Positions 28,066-36,999 of a stretch of DNA of 64,000 nucleotides are shown one piece after another. The notes under the pieces were generated by a model that saw nothing but the letters and a program-made list of their open reading frames with translations, was not told the DNA's origin and ran no database searches. The first letter of the stretch is position 1. Each line of letters begins with the position of its first letter. The DNA is from an uncultured Thermoleophilia bacterium (GTDB taxonomy: Bacteria; Actinomycetota; Thermoleophilia; UBA2241), in NCBI GenBank assembly GCA_963702475.1, contig CAVPCT010000002.1, positions 288,001 through 352,000 of the forward strand. Reading direction: 5' to 3'. The position numbers were made by a program, and so were the translations under genes.

Positions 28066-28131
28066 ATGGCGGCGAACCATCTGTACGAAGGCTGCGCCGG
28101 GGTGGCGCGGCGAGTGGCGGCGACGGCGTGA
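28066..28131 (+). CDS. 21-aa upstream ORF coupled to hutI
   Basis: GGAGGAG RBS then MAANHLYEGCAGVARRVAATA*; its TGA overlaps the hutI GTG. Confidence 0.4.
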   Translation: MAANHLYEGCAGVARRVAATA

Positions 28132-29375
28132 GCGCCGTGCTCGCCGACCTGGTGCTGCGCGGCGCCTCCGAGGTCGTCACGATGAGCGACTCTCCGGCCG
28201 CCGGCCTCGGGGCCATTGCCGGAGGCGCTCTTGCCGCGCACGATGGGATCATCGTATGGGTGGGGAGGGAGGCCGACCTCGCCGATGCCGTCGAGTTGGT
28301 CCCCGACGCCCTGGACATCGACGCCGAGGGCTGCTGCGTGCTCCCCGGCTTCGTGGACGCGCACACGCACGTGCCGTTCGCGGGGTCACGCGCTGCCGAA
28401 TACGGCGAGCGGCTGTCCGGGGTGACCTACGCCGAGATCCTCGCCCGCGGCGGTGGCATCAACGTGACCGTCGGGGCGACGCGCCGGACGTCGGAGGAGG
28501 ACCTGGCGTGTCTGTGCCGCGCGCGCTACGACAGCATGCTGAAGCACGGCACCACCACGGTCGAGGTCAAGAGCGGCTACGGCCTCACGACGGCGGACGA
28601 GGCCAAGCAACTCAGGGCCGCCGCCGTGGCGCACCCGCTACGGCGCGAGTACACCTTCCTGGGGGCCCACTTCGTGCCGCCTGAGTACGAGGGCCGCGCC
28701 GACGACTACGTGCACGTCGTCTGCGAGGAGATGCTCCCTGCGTGCGCGCCGCTCGTCCAGTGGTGCGACGTGTTCTGCGACGAGGGGGCGTTCACCGTTC
28801 CCCAGTCGAGACGCGTCCTGGAGGCGGCGCGGGGTGAGGGACTGAGCCTGCGCATCCACGCCGATGAGATGGCCCGTTCCGGCGGGTCGCTGCTCGCCGC
28901 CGAACTCGGATGTGCCTCTGCGGACCACCTCATCCACGCCACGTGGGAGGAGATCCAGGCGCTCAAGGGCGCGGGCGTCGTGGCTGTGATGCTCCCGGGC
29001 ACCAGCTACACGCTCGGCGTGCAGTTCGCGCCGGCGCGCGCGTTCCTCGAGGCCGGCGTCACCATCGCCCTCGCCACCGACTTCAACCCCGGCAGCTGCA
29101 ACTCCGAGAACCTGCAATCCATGATCTCCCTGGCTTGCCAGGGCATGAAGCTGACGCCCGACGAGGCTCTGTACGCGGCGACCCGCGGCGGCGCTGCTGC
29201 GCTACGACGCGACGATGTAGGCAGCTTGGAGGCCGGCAGGCGCTGCGACTTCGTCGTCCTCAGCGCCGCCAGTCGAAGCGAGCTGCCGTACCACTTCGGC
29301 GTGAACCTCGTAGGCGACGTGGTCGTAGGAGGGCGGGTGGTCGTGCACGGCGGCGCGCTGGTGCCGGGCACGTAG
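28128..29375 (+). CDS. hutI: Imidazolonepropionase
   Basis: PGFVDAHTH, YAEILARGGGI, GTTTVEVKSGYGL, DVFCD, HADE, SADHL, ATDFNPGS. Confidence 0.92.
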   Translation: MSAVLADLVLRGASEVVTMSDSPAAGLGAIAGGALAAHDGIIVWVGREADLADAVELVPDALDIDAEGCCVLPGFVDAHTHVPFAGSRAAEYGERLSGVTYAEILARGGGINVTVGATRRTSEEDLACLCRARYDSMLKHGTTTVEVKSGYGLTTADEAKQLRAAAVAHPLRREYTFLGAHFVPPEYEGRADDYVHVVCEEMLPACAPLVQWCDVFCDEGAFTVPQSRRVLEAARGEGLSLRIHADEMARSGGSLLAAELGCASADHLIHATWEEIQALKGAGVVAVMLPGTSYTLGVQFAPARAFLEAGVTIALATDFNPGSCNSENLQSMISLACQGMKLTPDEALYAATRGGAAALRRDDVGSLEAGRRCDFVVLSAASRSELPYHFGVNLVGDVVVGGRVVVHGGALVPGT

Positions 29376-29441
29376 GGACCGGCGGCCGGTCCGCACAGCA
29401 GTTGCACGCTTTTCCGTCCGGCCTGAGCTCCATACTGCTCC

Positions 29442-29489
29442 TTGACACGAACACGGGTTCGCCCTAGGCTGTATACGAACACGTGTTCG
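29442..29489 (+). promoter_or_regulatory. lexA promoter with two SOS boxes
   Basis: TTGACA(29442)-17-TAGGCT(29465); CGAACACGGGTTCG (29448-29461) and CGAACACGTGTTCG (29476-29489), Gram-positive GAAC-N4-GTTC type. Confidence 0.9.
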
Positions 29490-29506
29490 CTATCGAGGAG
29501 GGAACG

Positions 29507-30109
29507 GTGGAAGGTCTCACGCGGCGGCAGGAGCAGGTGCTCGAGTTCATCCGCGAGAGCGTGCGCGTCAACGGGTACCCGCCCACGGTGCGGGAGATCT
29601 GTGTGGGGCTCGATCTCTCGTCGCCGTCCACGGTGCACGCGCACCTCGCCAACCTCGAGCGGCTCGGCTACCTCAAGCGCGACCCCAGCAAGCCGCGCGC
29701 CCTCGACCTCGTCCAGAGCCTGCGCCCGCCGCGCCCGCTGCCGCTCATCGGCCGAGTCGCCGCCGGCCAGCCCATCGTCGCCGAGGACAACATCGAGGAC
29801 TACGTCGACGTGCCGGCCTTCTTGCGGCGCGACGACGGCGACTTCGTCGTCCGGGTCCGCGGCGACTCCATGGTCGGCGCTGGCATCAACGACGGGGACT
29901 ATCTCGTCGTGCACCCGCAGCAGGAGGTCACCAGGGCCGAGATCGCCGTGGTCCGCATCGACGGGGAGGAGGCCACCGCCAAACACTTCACGCAGGACGG
30001 GCCGACGGTCCGCCTCGAGTCCGAGAACGAGAACTACGAGCCGATCGTCGTCGACGCCGGCCGGGTCGAGCTGGTCGGCAAGGTCGTGGGGGTGCTTCGC
30101 CAGCTATGA
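29507..30109 (+). CDS. lexA: SOS repressor LexA
   Basis: LTRRQ..YPPTVREI, VAAG cleavage site, GDSM Ser, ATAK Lys; GTG 29507 after GAGGAGG. Confidence 0.95.
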   Translation: MEGLTRRQEQVLEFIRESVRVNGYPPTVREICVGLDLSSPSTVHAHLANLERLGYLKRDPSKPRALDLVQSLRPPRPLPLIGRVAAGQPIVAEDNIEDYVDVPAFLRRDDGDFVVRVRGDSMVGAGINDGDYLVVHPQQEVTRAEIAVVRIDGEEATAKHFTQDGPTVRLESENENYEPIVVDAGRVELVGKVVGVLRQL

Positions 30110-30339
30110 GTACCGTGCCGCTCGCTTCAGTCGTCCTGACCACGCTCGCCGACGCCGTGGACGAGTCTCTCGCCGCCGGGCTGGCGGGCCACGGCGAACC
30201 CTGCCTGTGGTGCGGAAGCCGGGCGGTGAGTGTCGTGAGTGCGGACTTCTGGAGCGGCCGGGTCGTCGTTCGCTGCCATGAGTGTGGCAGCGAGCTCAGC
30301 GGCTCCGTGCCGCGCCACTTGCGCGGAGTGCCCGCATGA
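30106..30339 (+). CDS. Small zinc-ribbon protein
   Basis: CLWC...CHEC; ATGA overlaps with lexA and with the next gene. Confidence 0.7.
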   Translation: MSTVPLASVVLTTLADAVDESLAAGLAGHGEPCLWCGSRAVSVVSADFWSGRVVVRCHECGSELSGSVPRHLRGVPA

Positions 30340-30749
30340 CCGCGCGGCACAGCTCCCGCGGCGACTGGCGCGGCCTCACAGTCGTCGGGCCGGCCGGGCC
30401 GCGCGACGTCCCCTGCCGTCCCGGCATCGCACGGCGGAGCCGGTCCGGCCGGCGCCAGCTTCGTCGACGCCTCGCCGGCTTGCTGCGCTTCGCCGTCTTC
30501 CTCCTGCTCATCTTCATCGCGGTGTGGGCCGGCGTCCGAGTCGCGCACGCGGGCACGGACGCCAGCGTTTACACGGGCCACCAGTACGTCGTGCGCGGCG
30601 GCGACACGCTGTGGAACATCGCTGCGGGGGAGTACGGTGAGCGGGCCGACCTGCGCCGTGCCGTGTACGAGATCCGCGAGGTCAATCACCTCCAAGGGGC
30701 AGGCCTGCAGCCTGGGGTGCGGCTCACCCTTCCCTACCTGGGCGACTGA
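30336..30749 (+). CDS. TM + LysM protein (YneA/ChiZ-like SOS division inhibitor)
   Basis: TM helix then YVVRGGDTLWNIA...IREVNHL...LQPGVRLTLP; start by ATGA overlap. Confidence 0.8.
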   Translation: MTARHSSRGDWRGLTVVGPAGPRDVPCRPGIARRSRSGRRQLRRRLAGLLRFAVFLLLIFIAVWAGVRVAHAGTDASVYTGHQYVVRGGDTLWNIAAGEYGERADLRRAVYEIREVNHLQGAGLQPGVRLTLPYLGD

Positions 30750-30910
30750 CTGCCGTACGCTCGTCAGCTGACGGTGCGCCGCAGGGGCACCGGCTACTGA
30801 ACGCCGGCGCCGGCACCAGGGTCCTTCCTGTCCGCGCGCCTCGCTGTGCCTCGCCTGCGTCCATCTGACTGACGGCACGTCAGCCGGTGTGCGGTATACT
30901 TGCCACGCGC

Positions 30911-30987
30911 CGGGACGTGGCGCAGCCTGGTAGCGCACCTGCTTTGGGAGCAGGGGGCCGGCGGTTCGAATCCGCCCGTCCCGACCA
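30911..30987 (+). tRNA. tRNA-Pro(TGG)
   Basis: Cloverleaf, anticodon arm cctgc-tttggga-gcagg, GGTTCGAATCC, encoded CCA. Confidence 0.97.
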
Positions 30988-31000
30988 GACGCTCATGCGG

Positions 31001-31077
31001 GCGGGAGTAGCTCAGTTGGCTAGAGCATCAGCCTTCCAAGCTGAGGGTCGCGGGTTCGAAGCCCGTCTCCCGCTCCA
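31001..31077 (+). tRNA. tRNA-Gly(TCC)
   Basis: Anticodon arm tcagc-cttccaa-gctga, T loop, CCA. Confidence 0.97.
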
Positions 31078-31158
31078 CTTTCCCTCACGCGTTGCTGCTC
31101 CCACCCGCGGCGGTGTGCGCTACCGCGTTGTGGCACACTGCGCCCCACGGTGCGGCGT

Positions 31159-31235
31159 GCGCCCGTAGCTCAGCTGGATAGAGCAGGAGACTTCTAATCT
31201 TCAGGTCGCAGGTTCGAATCCTGCCGGGCGCGCCA
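31159..31235 (+). tRNA. tRNA-Arg(TCT)
   Basis: Anticodon arm ggaga-cttctaa-tcttc, GGTTCGAATCC, CCA. Confidence 0.97.
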
Positions 31236-31592
31236 CTTCCCTTTCTCACCGCCCATGTGCGGTACGTGCTTTCCACTATGGCTCCGGCACGTATGTTTTG
31301 GGTGACACCGGACGAACGGGAGTCACCTGGTGGTTGACGCGGCTTCGCCTGACGCCTGGCGGGCCCTCCGCAGGTGGCCGGCGATGGGTGCGCGGCCCGG
31401 GCACGGCCGCCGACGCCGGCTCATGACCAGAGGTGCCGTCCGGCGAGTCAACGGTCGGCCATGGACGTGCCGGACCCCCTCTGCGGTCTCGTCTTGTCTT
31501 CATGCTTCACAAGATGGCGTCAATCACGTAAGGTCACCTGAACGGTACGTGTCAATGCGTTCGACAGAAATCGTCCAGGAGGTCCAGGGCAC

Positions 31593-33446
31593 ATGAGAAG
31601 TCCCCACAGGAGTACGTTGCGCATCACGTTCGCCGTGCTGCTCGTGCTGGCCGCGCTCGCCATCGCCGCCCCGGCGGCGCTCGCGCACGGCAGCATCGCA
31701 GGCACGGTGACGTCCGTCGCAGACGGCACCCCGCTCGAGAACATCAACGTCTACGCGTTCGACCCGGCGCTCGTCACCGGGCTCAGCCCCGCCCTCGTGC
31801 CGGATCTGAGCAAAGCTGCGGGTATGGGGGTCACCGACGGCGCCGGTCAGTACGTCATCCTCGACCTGCCCGGCGGTCCCATCGCGAACCCGACCGAGTA
31901 CCTGGTCTGGTTCCAGGACATGATCCCCTTCAACCACTACGTGGCGCAGTGGTTCCTCGGCTGCTCGCCGTATGACCCGAACCGGCCCGCTCCGACGCTC
32001 GTCCCCGTGGTCGACAACGAGCGCACCCTCGGCATCGACGACGCCCTCGTGGGCGCCTGCACGATCTCCGGCAACGTCGGCGGGATCCCCGGTATCGAGG
32101 TCTACGTCTACACGCCCGAGATGGGCGACCCGTATGACTTCGTCGCGGCCGTCCAGACCGGCGACGCCGTCCCCGACGCCGTCAGCGACATCAACGGTGA
32201 CTACGCGGTCGAGGAGCTCAACCCGACCGGCGGCGCCGGCCCGGCCGCCTACTGGGTCTACTTCTACGACCCCAGCGGCACCTACGCGCCGGAGTGGTTC
32301 GACAACGTGCTGCCGTGGTTCGACGGCACCAGCCTCACGCAGCCCTTCGGCACGGTCGACATGCTCGCCGGCGCCGAGCTCGATCTGGCCGGCACCATCG
32401 CCGGCTCCGTCGACGGCGACGTCGGCGACATGACCGAGTACGATCTCGAGGGCATCGAGGTCAGCGTGTACGCGACCGACGGCAAGAGCATCTCGCTCTT
32501 CATGGGCATGGCCGTGTCCGACTCCAACGGGCGCTTCGCCATAGACGGCCTGCCCGTGGGTGACTACTTCGTCCGCTTCGACGACTTCAGCGGCGACTAC
32601 TTCGACAAGTGGTTCAACGTCTGGTCCTACGCCGCCGCCGCCACCGGCGACCCGTTCACGGACGGCGCCCAGATCGTCGAGATCGACGACCCCGGCTACC
32701 AGGACAACGGCGTCTACGCGCTCATGAAGCCGATCCCCTACATCGACTTCGTGCACCCGCCGTTCGGCGTGAACGACGGTCCTAACCGTTACGAGACCGA
32801 GCTCGCCTTCAGCGGCTGGGGCCTGAACTTCGTCGAGTTCGTCGATATCTGGAAGCCGGGCCTGCCGCCGTTCTTCATCAACAAGCTGGGCTTCTGGTCC
32901 GACTCGACCTTCGCGGCCACCGGCGTCTACAACCTGGCCGCGCCGCTGGCCCCGACCGGCACCTACGTCGTCTCCGCTTGGTACTACGACTACTACCTCG
33001 AGGACTGGACCTGGACCTACCTCTACAACTCCTTCCAGGTCGTGAACAGCTGGGTGCCGACCGTCCCGCCCACGCCGCCGTCGCCGACCACCCCGGTGCT
33101 CCCGGCTGAGCCCACGCCGATCGTCACCCCGCAGCCGCCCGCGCCGCAGCCCCCGGCTGCGCCGGTCGCCGGCCCCGTCATGGTGAGCGCCGAGAAGGCC
33201 GCCGTGAAGAAGGGCGCCATGGCCACCCTGCGCTTCCAGGTCAGCGAGCTCGTCCTGGGCGGCACTGCCGAGGTCAAGGTCGTCATCGCCAACAAGGCCG
33301 GCAAGGTCGTCAAGCAGGTCAAGAAGAGCGTCACCATGAACGCTGCCGCGAGCGTCAGCTTCCGCTGCAAGCTCGCCAAGGGCAGCTACACCTACACCGT
33401 CAGCGCCGGTGCGGCGTCGGCGTCCAGCACCCTGGTCGTGAAGTAA
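31593..33446 (+). CDS. Secreted surface protein copy B (intact, 617 aa; S-layer/adhesin-like)
   Basis: Signal peptide ending AALA; three G(S/T)I(A/S)GxV...D..G.Y...L...Y.V.F.D repeats, Ig-like domain, Pro/Thr linker, basic C-terminal domain; AGGAGG RBS. Confidence 0.85.
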   Translation: MRSPHRSTLRITFAVLLVLAALAIAAPAALAHGSIAGTVTSVADGTPLENINVYAFDPALVTGLSPALVPDLSKAAGMGVTDGAGQYVILDLPGGPIANPTEYLVWFQDMIPFNHYVAQWFLGCSPYDPNRPAPTLVPVVDNERTLGIDDALVGACTISGNVGGIPGIEVYVYTPEMGDPYDFVAAVQTGDAVPDAVSDINGDYAVEELNPTGGAGPAAYWVYFYDPSGTYAPEWFDNVLPWFDGTSLTQPFGTVDMLAGAELDLAGTIAGSVDGDVGDMTEYDLEGIEVSVYATDGKSISLFMGMAVSDSNGRFAIDGLPVGDYFVRFDDFSGDYFDKWFNVWSYAAAATGDPFTDGAQIVEIDDPGYQDNGVYALMKPIPYIDFVHPPFGVNDGPNRYETELAFSGWGLNFVEFVDIWKPGLPPFFINKLGFWSDSTFAATGVYNLAAPLAPTGTYVVSAWYYDYYLEDWTWTYLYNSFQVVNSWVPTVPPTPPSPTTPVLPAEPTPIVTPQPPAPQPPAAPVAGPVMVSAEKAAVKKGAMATLRFQVSELVLGGTAEVKVVIANKAGKVVKQVKKSVTMNAAASVSFRCKLAKGSYTYTVSAGAASASSTLVVK

Positions 33447-33471
33447 CACTCGCGACCGGAGGACCACGGGC
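31629..33471 (+). repeat. Dispersed direct repeat, copy B (partner 12892-14739)
   Basis: Offset 18737 in the 5' block and 18732 in the 3' block relative to copy A. Confidence 0.95.
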
Positions 33472-33500
33472 CAACGCCCTGGTACAGGCCCGTGGATCGA

Positions 33501-33541
33501 ACGCGGCGGGGCCGGCAGTGAAGCCGGCCCCGCCGCGTCTT
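33501..33541 (+). terminator. Terminator after copy B
   Basis: acgcggcggggccggc-agtgaa-gccggccccgccgcgt, the same core hairpin as after copy A. Confidence 0.75.
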
Positions 33542-33933
33542 GCGGTTGAAACCGACAGGCCGGCTGCCCGGCCGTGACGGCCGCCGATCACGGCTCCGAG
33601 CGCACGAGCCGCTTTCGAGGAAGGTGCGCCTCCGTCTCGAGGGCCCGGTCGTCCGCCGTGCGGCGCGGCGGCCGAGCGTGTGGGATCCTCACGCCGCGCA
33701 TCGAGGGCGCGGACCCGGGACCGGCGTGAGCCCGGGTCGCCGTCTCCGCTTGCCGCTCAGGGATGCCTTGTGACTCGGGCATGCTTCCTGATCCGGAGTG
33801 TTTCTGACCTCGTCGTATCTCGCTTGCGCCCCCTGCGCCCACCGCCACCCGCCTGCTCCTGCCGCCCGGATCACGGCCCGTCCAGTCCCACCGGGGTTAT
33901 GCGACGGATTTGACAGGGTAGGATGGGCAAGCG

Positions 33934-34734
33934 ATGGAGCCTGTGGACGACAGCGCGAGCGAGACTTTACGGCCTTCAGACGCCGGCGGTGAGTCCGCCG
34001 TGGCCGCCGTGTTCGACAGAGTCGCGGCGGCCCTCGAAGCCCACGACAAGGCCACGGCCGTGCGGTCGGCGGTCGAGGCCGTGGCGTCCGGGCAGGTGAC
34101 GATTTCCGAGCTCTACAGAGACGTGCTCACCGCCATTCTCGCCGCGACTGGGACGGCGTGGCAGCGGGGGACCGTCGCGGTCTGGGAGGAGCACCTGGCC
34201 AGCGCTGCCGTCCGCACCATCGTCGAGATCCTGTATCCGGGCGTGCTGAAGGCCAAGGCGCAGGCCCCCGCCACCGGGCGGTCCGTGCTGCTGGCCTGCC
34301 CGCCTGAGGAGTCGCACGACCTGGGCCTGCGCATGGTGTCGGACCGCTTCGACATGGCGGGCTGGACGACGTACTTCCTCGGCGCGGACACGCCGGTGGA
34401 CGAGATCGCGGACGCCGCCGCACGCCTTGGTGTGGAGGCCGTCGTCATGAGCTCGTCGACGCACTACCACCGGCTCGAGGTCAGGCACGCGGTCGACGCG
34501 CTCAAGCGGGCGCTGCCCAACGTGGACGTCTGGGTCGGCGGTCCCGCCTTCGCCCTGGACACGGCAGGCTGGTCACCGCACGAGATCGTCGATCTCGACG
34601 CCCTCCTCGGCACCTGGATCGGCCCGGGCGCGGCTGTACACACGGGCAGCACGGCGCCGGCCGGGGCCCGGACGCCCGCCGACGACGAGCCGGCCGGCGA
34701 GAGCGACCACGCAGACGAGCAGGCGGGGGACTGA
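33934..34734 (+). CDS. Stand-alone cobalamin-binding domain protein (CarH/LitR-type, no HTH)
   Basis: WQRGTVAVWEEH (Wx9EH), ESHDLG (ExHxxG), FLGADTP, VWVGG. Confidence 0.8.
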   Translation: MEPVDDSASETLRPSDAGGESAVAAVFDRVAAALEAHDKATAVRSAVEAVASGQVTISELYRDVLTAILAATGTAWQRGTVAVWEEHLASAAVRTIVEILYPGVLKAKAQAPATGRSVLLACPPEESHDLGLRMVSDRFDMAGWTTYFLGADTPVDEIADAAARLGVEAVVMSSSTHYHRLEVRHAVDALKRALPNVDVWVGGPAFALDTAGWSPHEIVDLDALLGTWIGPGAAVHTGSTAPAGARTPADDEPAGESDHADEQAGD

Positions 34735-34737
34735 CGC

Positions 34738-35877
34738 GTGCTGAGCTTCTCCATCGCCGTGCGCTTCCTTCGCAAGAGCCCGGTGCAGTCCATACTTATC
34801 GCGGCCGGCATCGCCGTCGGCATCGGCGTTCAGGTGTTCCTCGGGTCGCTGATCATCGGCCTGCAGGAGAGCCTGGTCGACCAGACCATCGGCAGCAGCT
34901 CTCAGGTCACGGTCCAGGCCAGGGAACAGGGCGGGGCGGTCGACTACACGGCGCAGGTCAAGGAGGCCATCGCCGAGCAGTCCGCGATCACCACGCAGGT
35001 CCCGGTGCGGCAGTTCTCCGCCATCCTGCGCGAGGGCACCGATACCGTGCCCCTTCAGCTGACCGGCGGCGAGCTGTCCCAGCTCGACACGATCTACGAC
35101 ATCACCGGCAAGACCGTCGCCGGTACGGCTGGCCTGGACGGCGCCGATCTCATCGTGGGCAAGGACCTGGCCGACAAGTACGGCCTGAAGCCGGGACAGA
35201 CGCTCACGCTCGTGCAGCCCGACGGGCAGACGCTGAACGAGACCGTCAGCGCGGTAGTCGACTTCGGCTCATCCCAAGCCAACCTGAGCCTCGGTTTCAC
35301 CTCCGCGCAGGTGGCGAAGGAGGTCCTCGGCTACACGGACGAGCAGTACTCCGAGATCCAGACCCAGGTGGGCGACGTGTTCGAATCGGCGCAGGTCGCC
35401 GACAGTCTGCAGGCAGAACCGGCCATGCAGAATCTCAAGGTCACCGAGTGGCAGGCCGAGAACGCCGATCTGCTTCAGGCGCTGCAGTCGCAGAGCACCT
35501 CCAGCTACACCATCCAGTTCTTCGTGCTGGTGGCAGTCGCCCTCGGCATCGCCTCCACACTGGCCATCTCGGCCGTGCAGAAGACGCGCCAGATCGGCAT
35601 CCTCAAGGCGATGGGCATGCGCGACCGGCAGGCCGGGCGCATCTTCCTCTGGCAGGCGACCATTCTCGGGCTCGTCGGCGCCGGCGCGGGCGTGGTCGTC
35701 GGCGTCGGCCTGATCAGTCTGTTCTCGCTCACCGGCGGCAGCCTGACCTTCGGCCCCAAACCCGGCTTCACGGCCATCTCGTTCGCCGTAGGCGTGTTGG
35801 TGGCTCTGGGCTCGTCGCTCATCCCGTCGCGCCGCACGTCCAAGCTGGACCCGATCGAGGTGATCCAGGGTGGCTGA
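34738..35877 (+). CDS. ABC transporter permease (MacB/LolE/FtsX-like)
   Basis: N-terminal TM, large extracellular loop, QIGILKAMG, three C-terminal TMs, LDPIEVI. Confidence 0.9.
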   Translation: MLSFSIAVRFLRKSPVQSILIAAGIAVGIGVQVFLGSLIIGLQESLVDQTIGSSSQVTVQAREQGGAVDYTAQVKEAIAEQSAITTQVPVRQFSAILREGTDTVPLQLTGGELSQLDTIYDITGKTVAGTAGLDGADLIVGKDLADKYGLKPGQTLTLVQPDGQTLNETVSAVVDFGSSQANLSLGFTSAQVAKEVLGYTDEQYSEIQTQVGDVFESAQVADSLQAEPAMQNLKVTEWQAENADLLQALQSQSTSSYTIQFFVLVAVALGIASTLAISAVQKTRQIGILKAMGMRDRQAGRIFLWQATILGLVGAGAGVVVGVGLISLFSLTGGSLTFGPKPGFTAISFAVGVLVALGSSLIPSRRTSKLDPIEVIQGG

Positions 35878-36574
35878 GGTGCTCCTCAAGGCCGAGGGCC
35901 TGGGCAAGACCTACGGCACGGTGGCGAAGACCGTGGCTCTCAGCGGCGTGGACTTCGAGCTGCACGGCGGGGAGTTCGCCTCGGTGATCGGCCAGTCCGG
36001 GTCGGGCAAGTCAACGCTCCTCAACCTCATCGGCCTGCTCGACACGCCCACCGAGGGCCGCGTGGTGCTCAACGGGCACGACACGGTCGCCGCGAGTCGC
36101 ACGCAGCGCGCCGCCCTGCGCAACGACTTCATAGGGTTCGTGTTCCAGTTCCACTACCTGCTTCCGGAGTTCACGGTGCTGGAGAACGTGGTCATGCCCG
36201 GCCGCATCGCCGGCGTCAGCCCGGCGGAGCTCAGGCCGCGGGCCGAGGAGACGCTGGCGCTGCTCGGCCTCGAGGGCCTCGAGAAGAAGAACGCCAACGA
36301 TCTCTCGGGCGGGCAGAAGCAGCGCGTGGCCATCGCGCGCGCGCTGATGAACCGGCCCGCCCTGGTGCTCGCCGACGAGCCCACCGGCAACCTGGACACG
36401 GTCAACACCAAGGCCGTGTACAAGCTGTTCCGGCAGATCAACGAGCAGCTCGGCACGGCCTTCATCATCGTCACGCACGACCGCGGCGTGGCGCAGCAGA
36501 CCGATCGCATCCTGGAGATCCAGGATGGACGCCTGGAGCAGGACGTGCGCAACACGTACGTCGAGCAGGGGTGA
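35870..36574 (+). CDS. ABC transporter ATP-binding protein (LolD/MacB-like)
   Basis: GQSGSGKST, FVFQFHYLL, LSGGQKQR, ADEPTGNLD, VTHD. Confidence 0.93.
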   Translation: MAEVLLKAEGLGKTYGTVAKTVALSGVDFELHGGEFASVIGQSGSGKSTLLNLIGLLDTPTEGRVVLNGHDTVAASRTQRAALRNDFIGFVFQFHYLLPEFTVLENVVMPGRIAGVSPAELRPRAEETLALLGLEGLEKKNANDLSGGQKQRVAIARALMNRPALVLADEPTGNLDTVNTKAVYKLFRQINEQLGTAFIIVTHDRGVAQQTDRILEIQDGRLEQDVRNTYVEQG

Positions 36575-36694
36575 CGCGCAGCCCGGGCGTCACTCGCTGC
36601 GTCAGGCGTGTGACGCCCGACACCGAAGGTGGTATCGTTTGAGGCCGCCGCACGGTCGAGCCTGCAGTCAGGCCGTCCGGCGGCGTGCACCGGT

Positions 36695-36771
36695 GGTGGA
36701 CGTAGCTCAGTTGGTAGAGCTCCAGGTTGTGGCCCTGGCGGTCGCGGGTTCAAGTCCCGTCGTTCACCCCA
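36695..36771 (+). tRNA. tRNA-His(GTG)
   Basis: G-1, anticodon arm ccagg-ttgtggc-cctgg, C discriminator, CCA. Confidence 0.97.
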
Positions 36772-36820
36772 ACCATGTGTGGCACCGGCCGGCGCTACGT
36801 GCCGGCTGTCGACGTTAAGT

Positions 36821-36906
36821 GCGGGTGTGGCGGAACTGGTAGACGCGCTAGACTTAGGATCTGGTGAGCTCTGCTCGTGGAGGTTCAAGTCCTCTCACCC
36901 GCACCA
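36821..36906 (+). tRNA. tRNA-Leu(TAG)
   Basis: Long variable arm, anticodon arm ctaga-cttagga-tctgg, CCA. Confidence 0.96.
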
Positions 36907-36999
36907 GAAGCTCACGCCTGACTCCCGCACAGACCACAGGAGGGGGCGGCCCCGCGGCTTCGCCGCCCCGCCGCCCACCCGACAGACGGAGAACCCACA

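Noticed and set aside
12892-33471. Diversity-generating retroelement (TR/VR pair)
   Set aside because: Differences are not adenine-specific, include indels, and no reverse transcriptase is in the window.
33545-33930. Cobalamin riboswitch upstream of the B12-binding gene
   Set aside because: Hairpins are present but I could not find the B12 box or other conserved riboswitch elements; a covariance-model search would settle it.
31159-36771. Genomic island or prophage integrated at tRNA-Arg or tRNA-His
   Set aside because: No integrase, phage genes or duplicated tRNA 3' end were seen.
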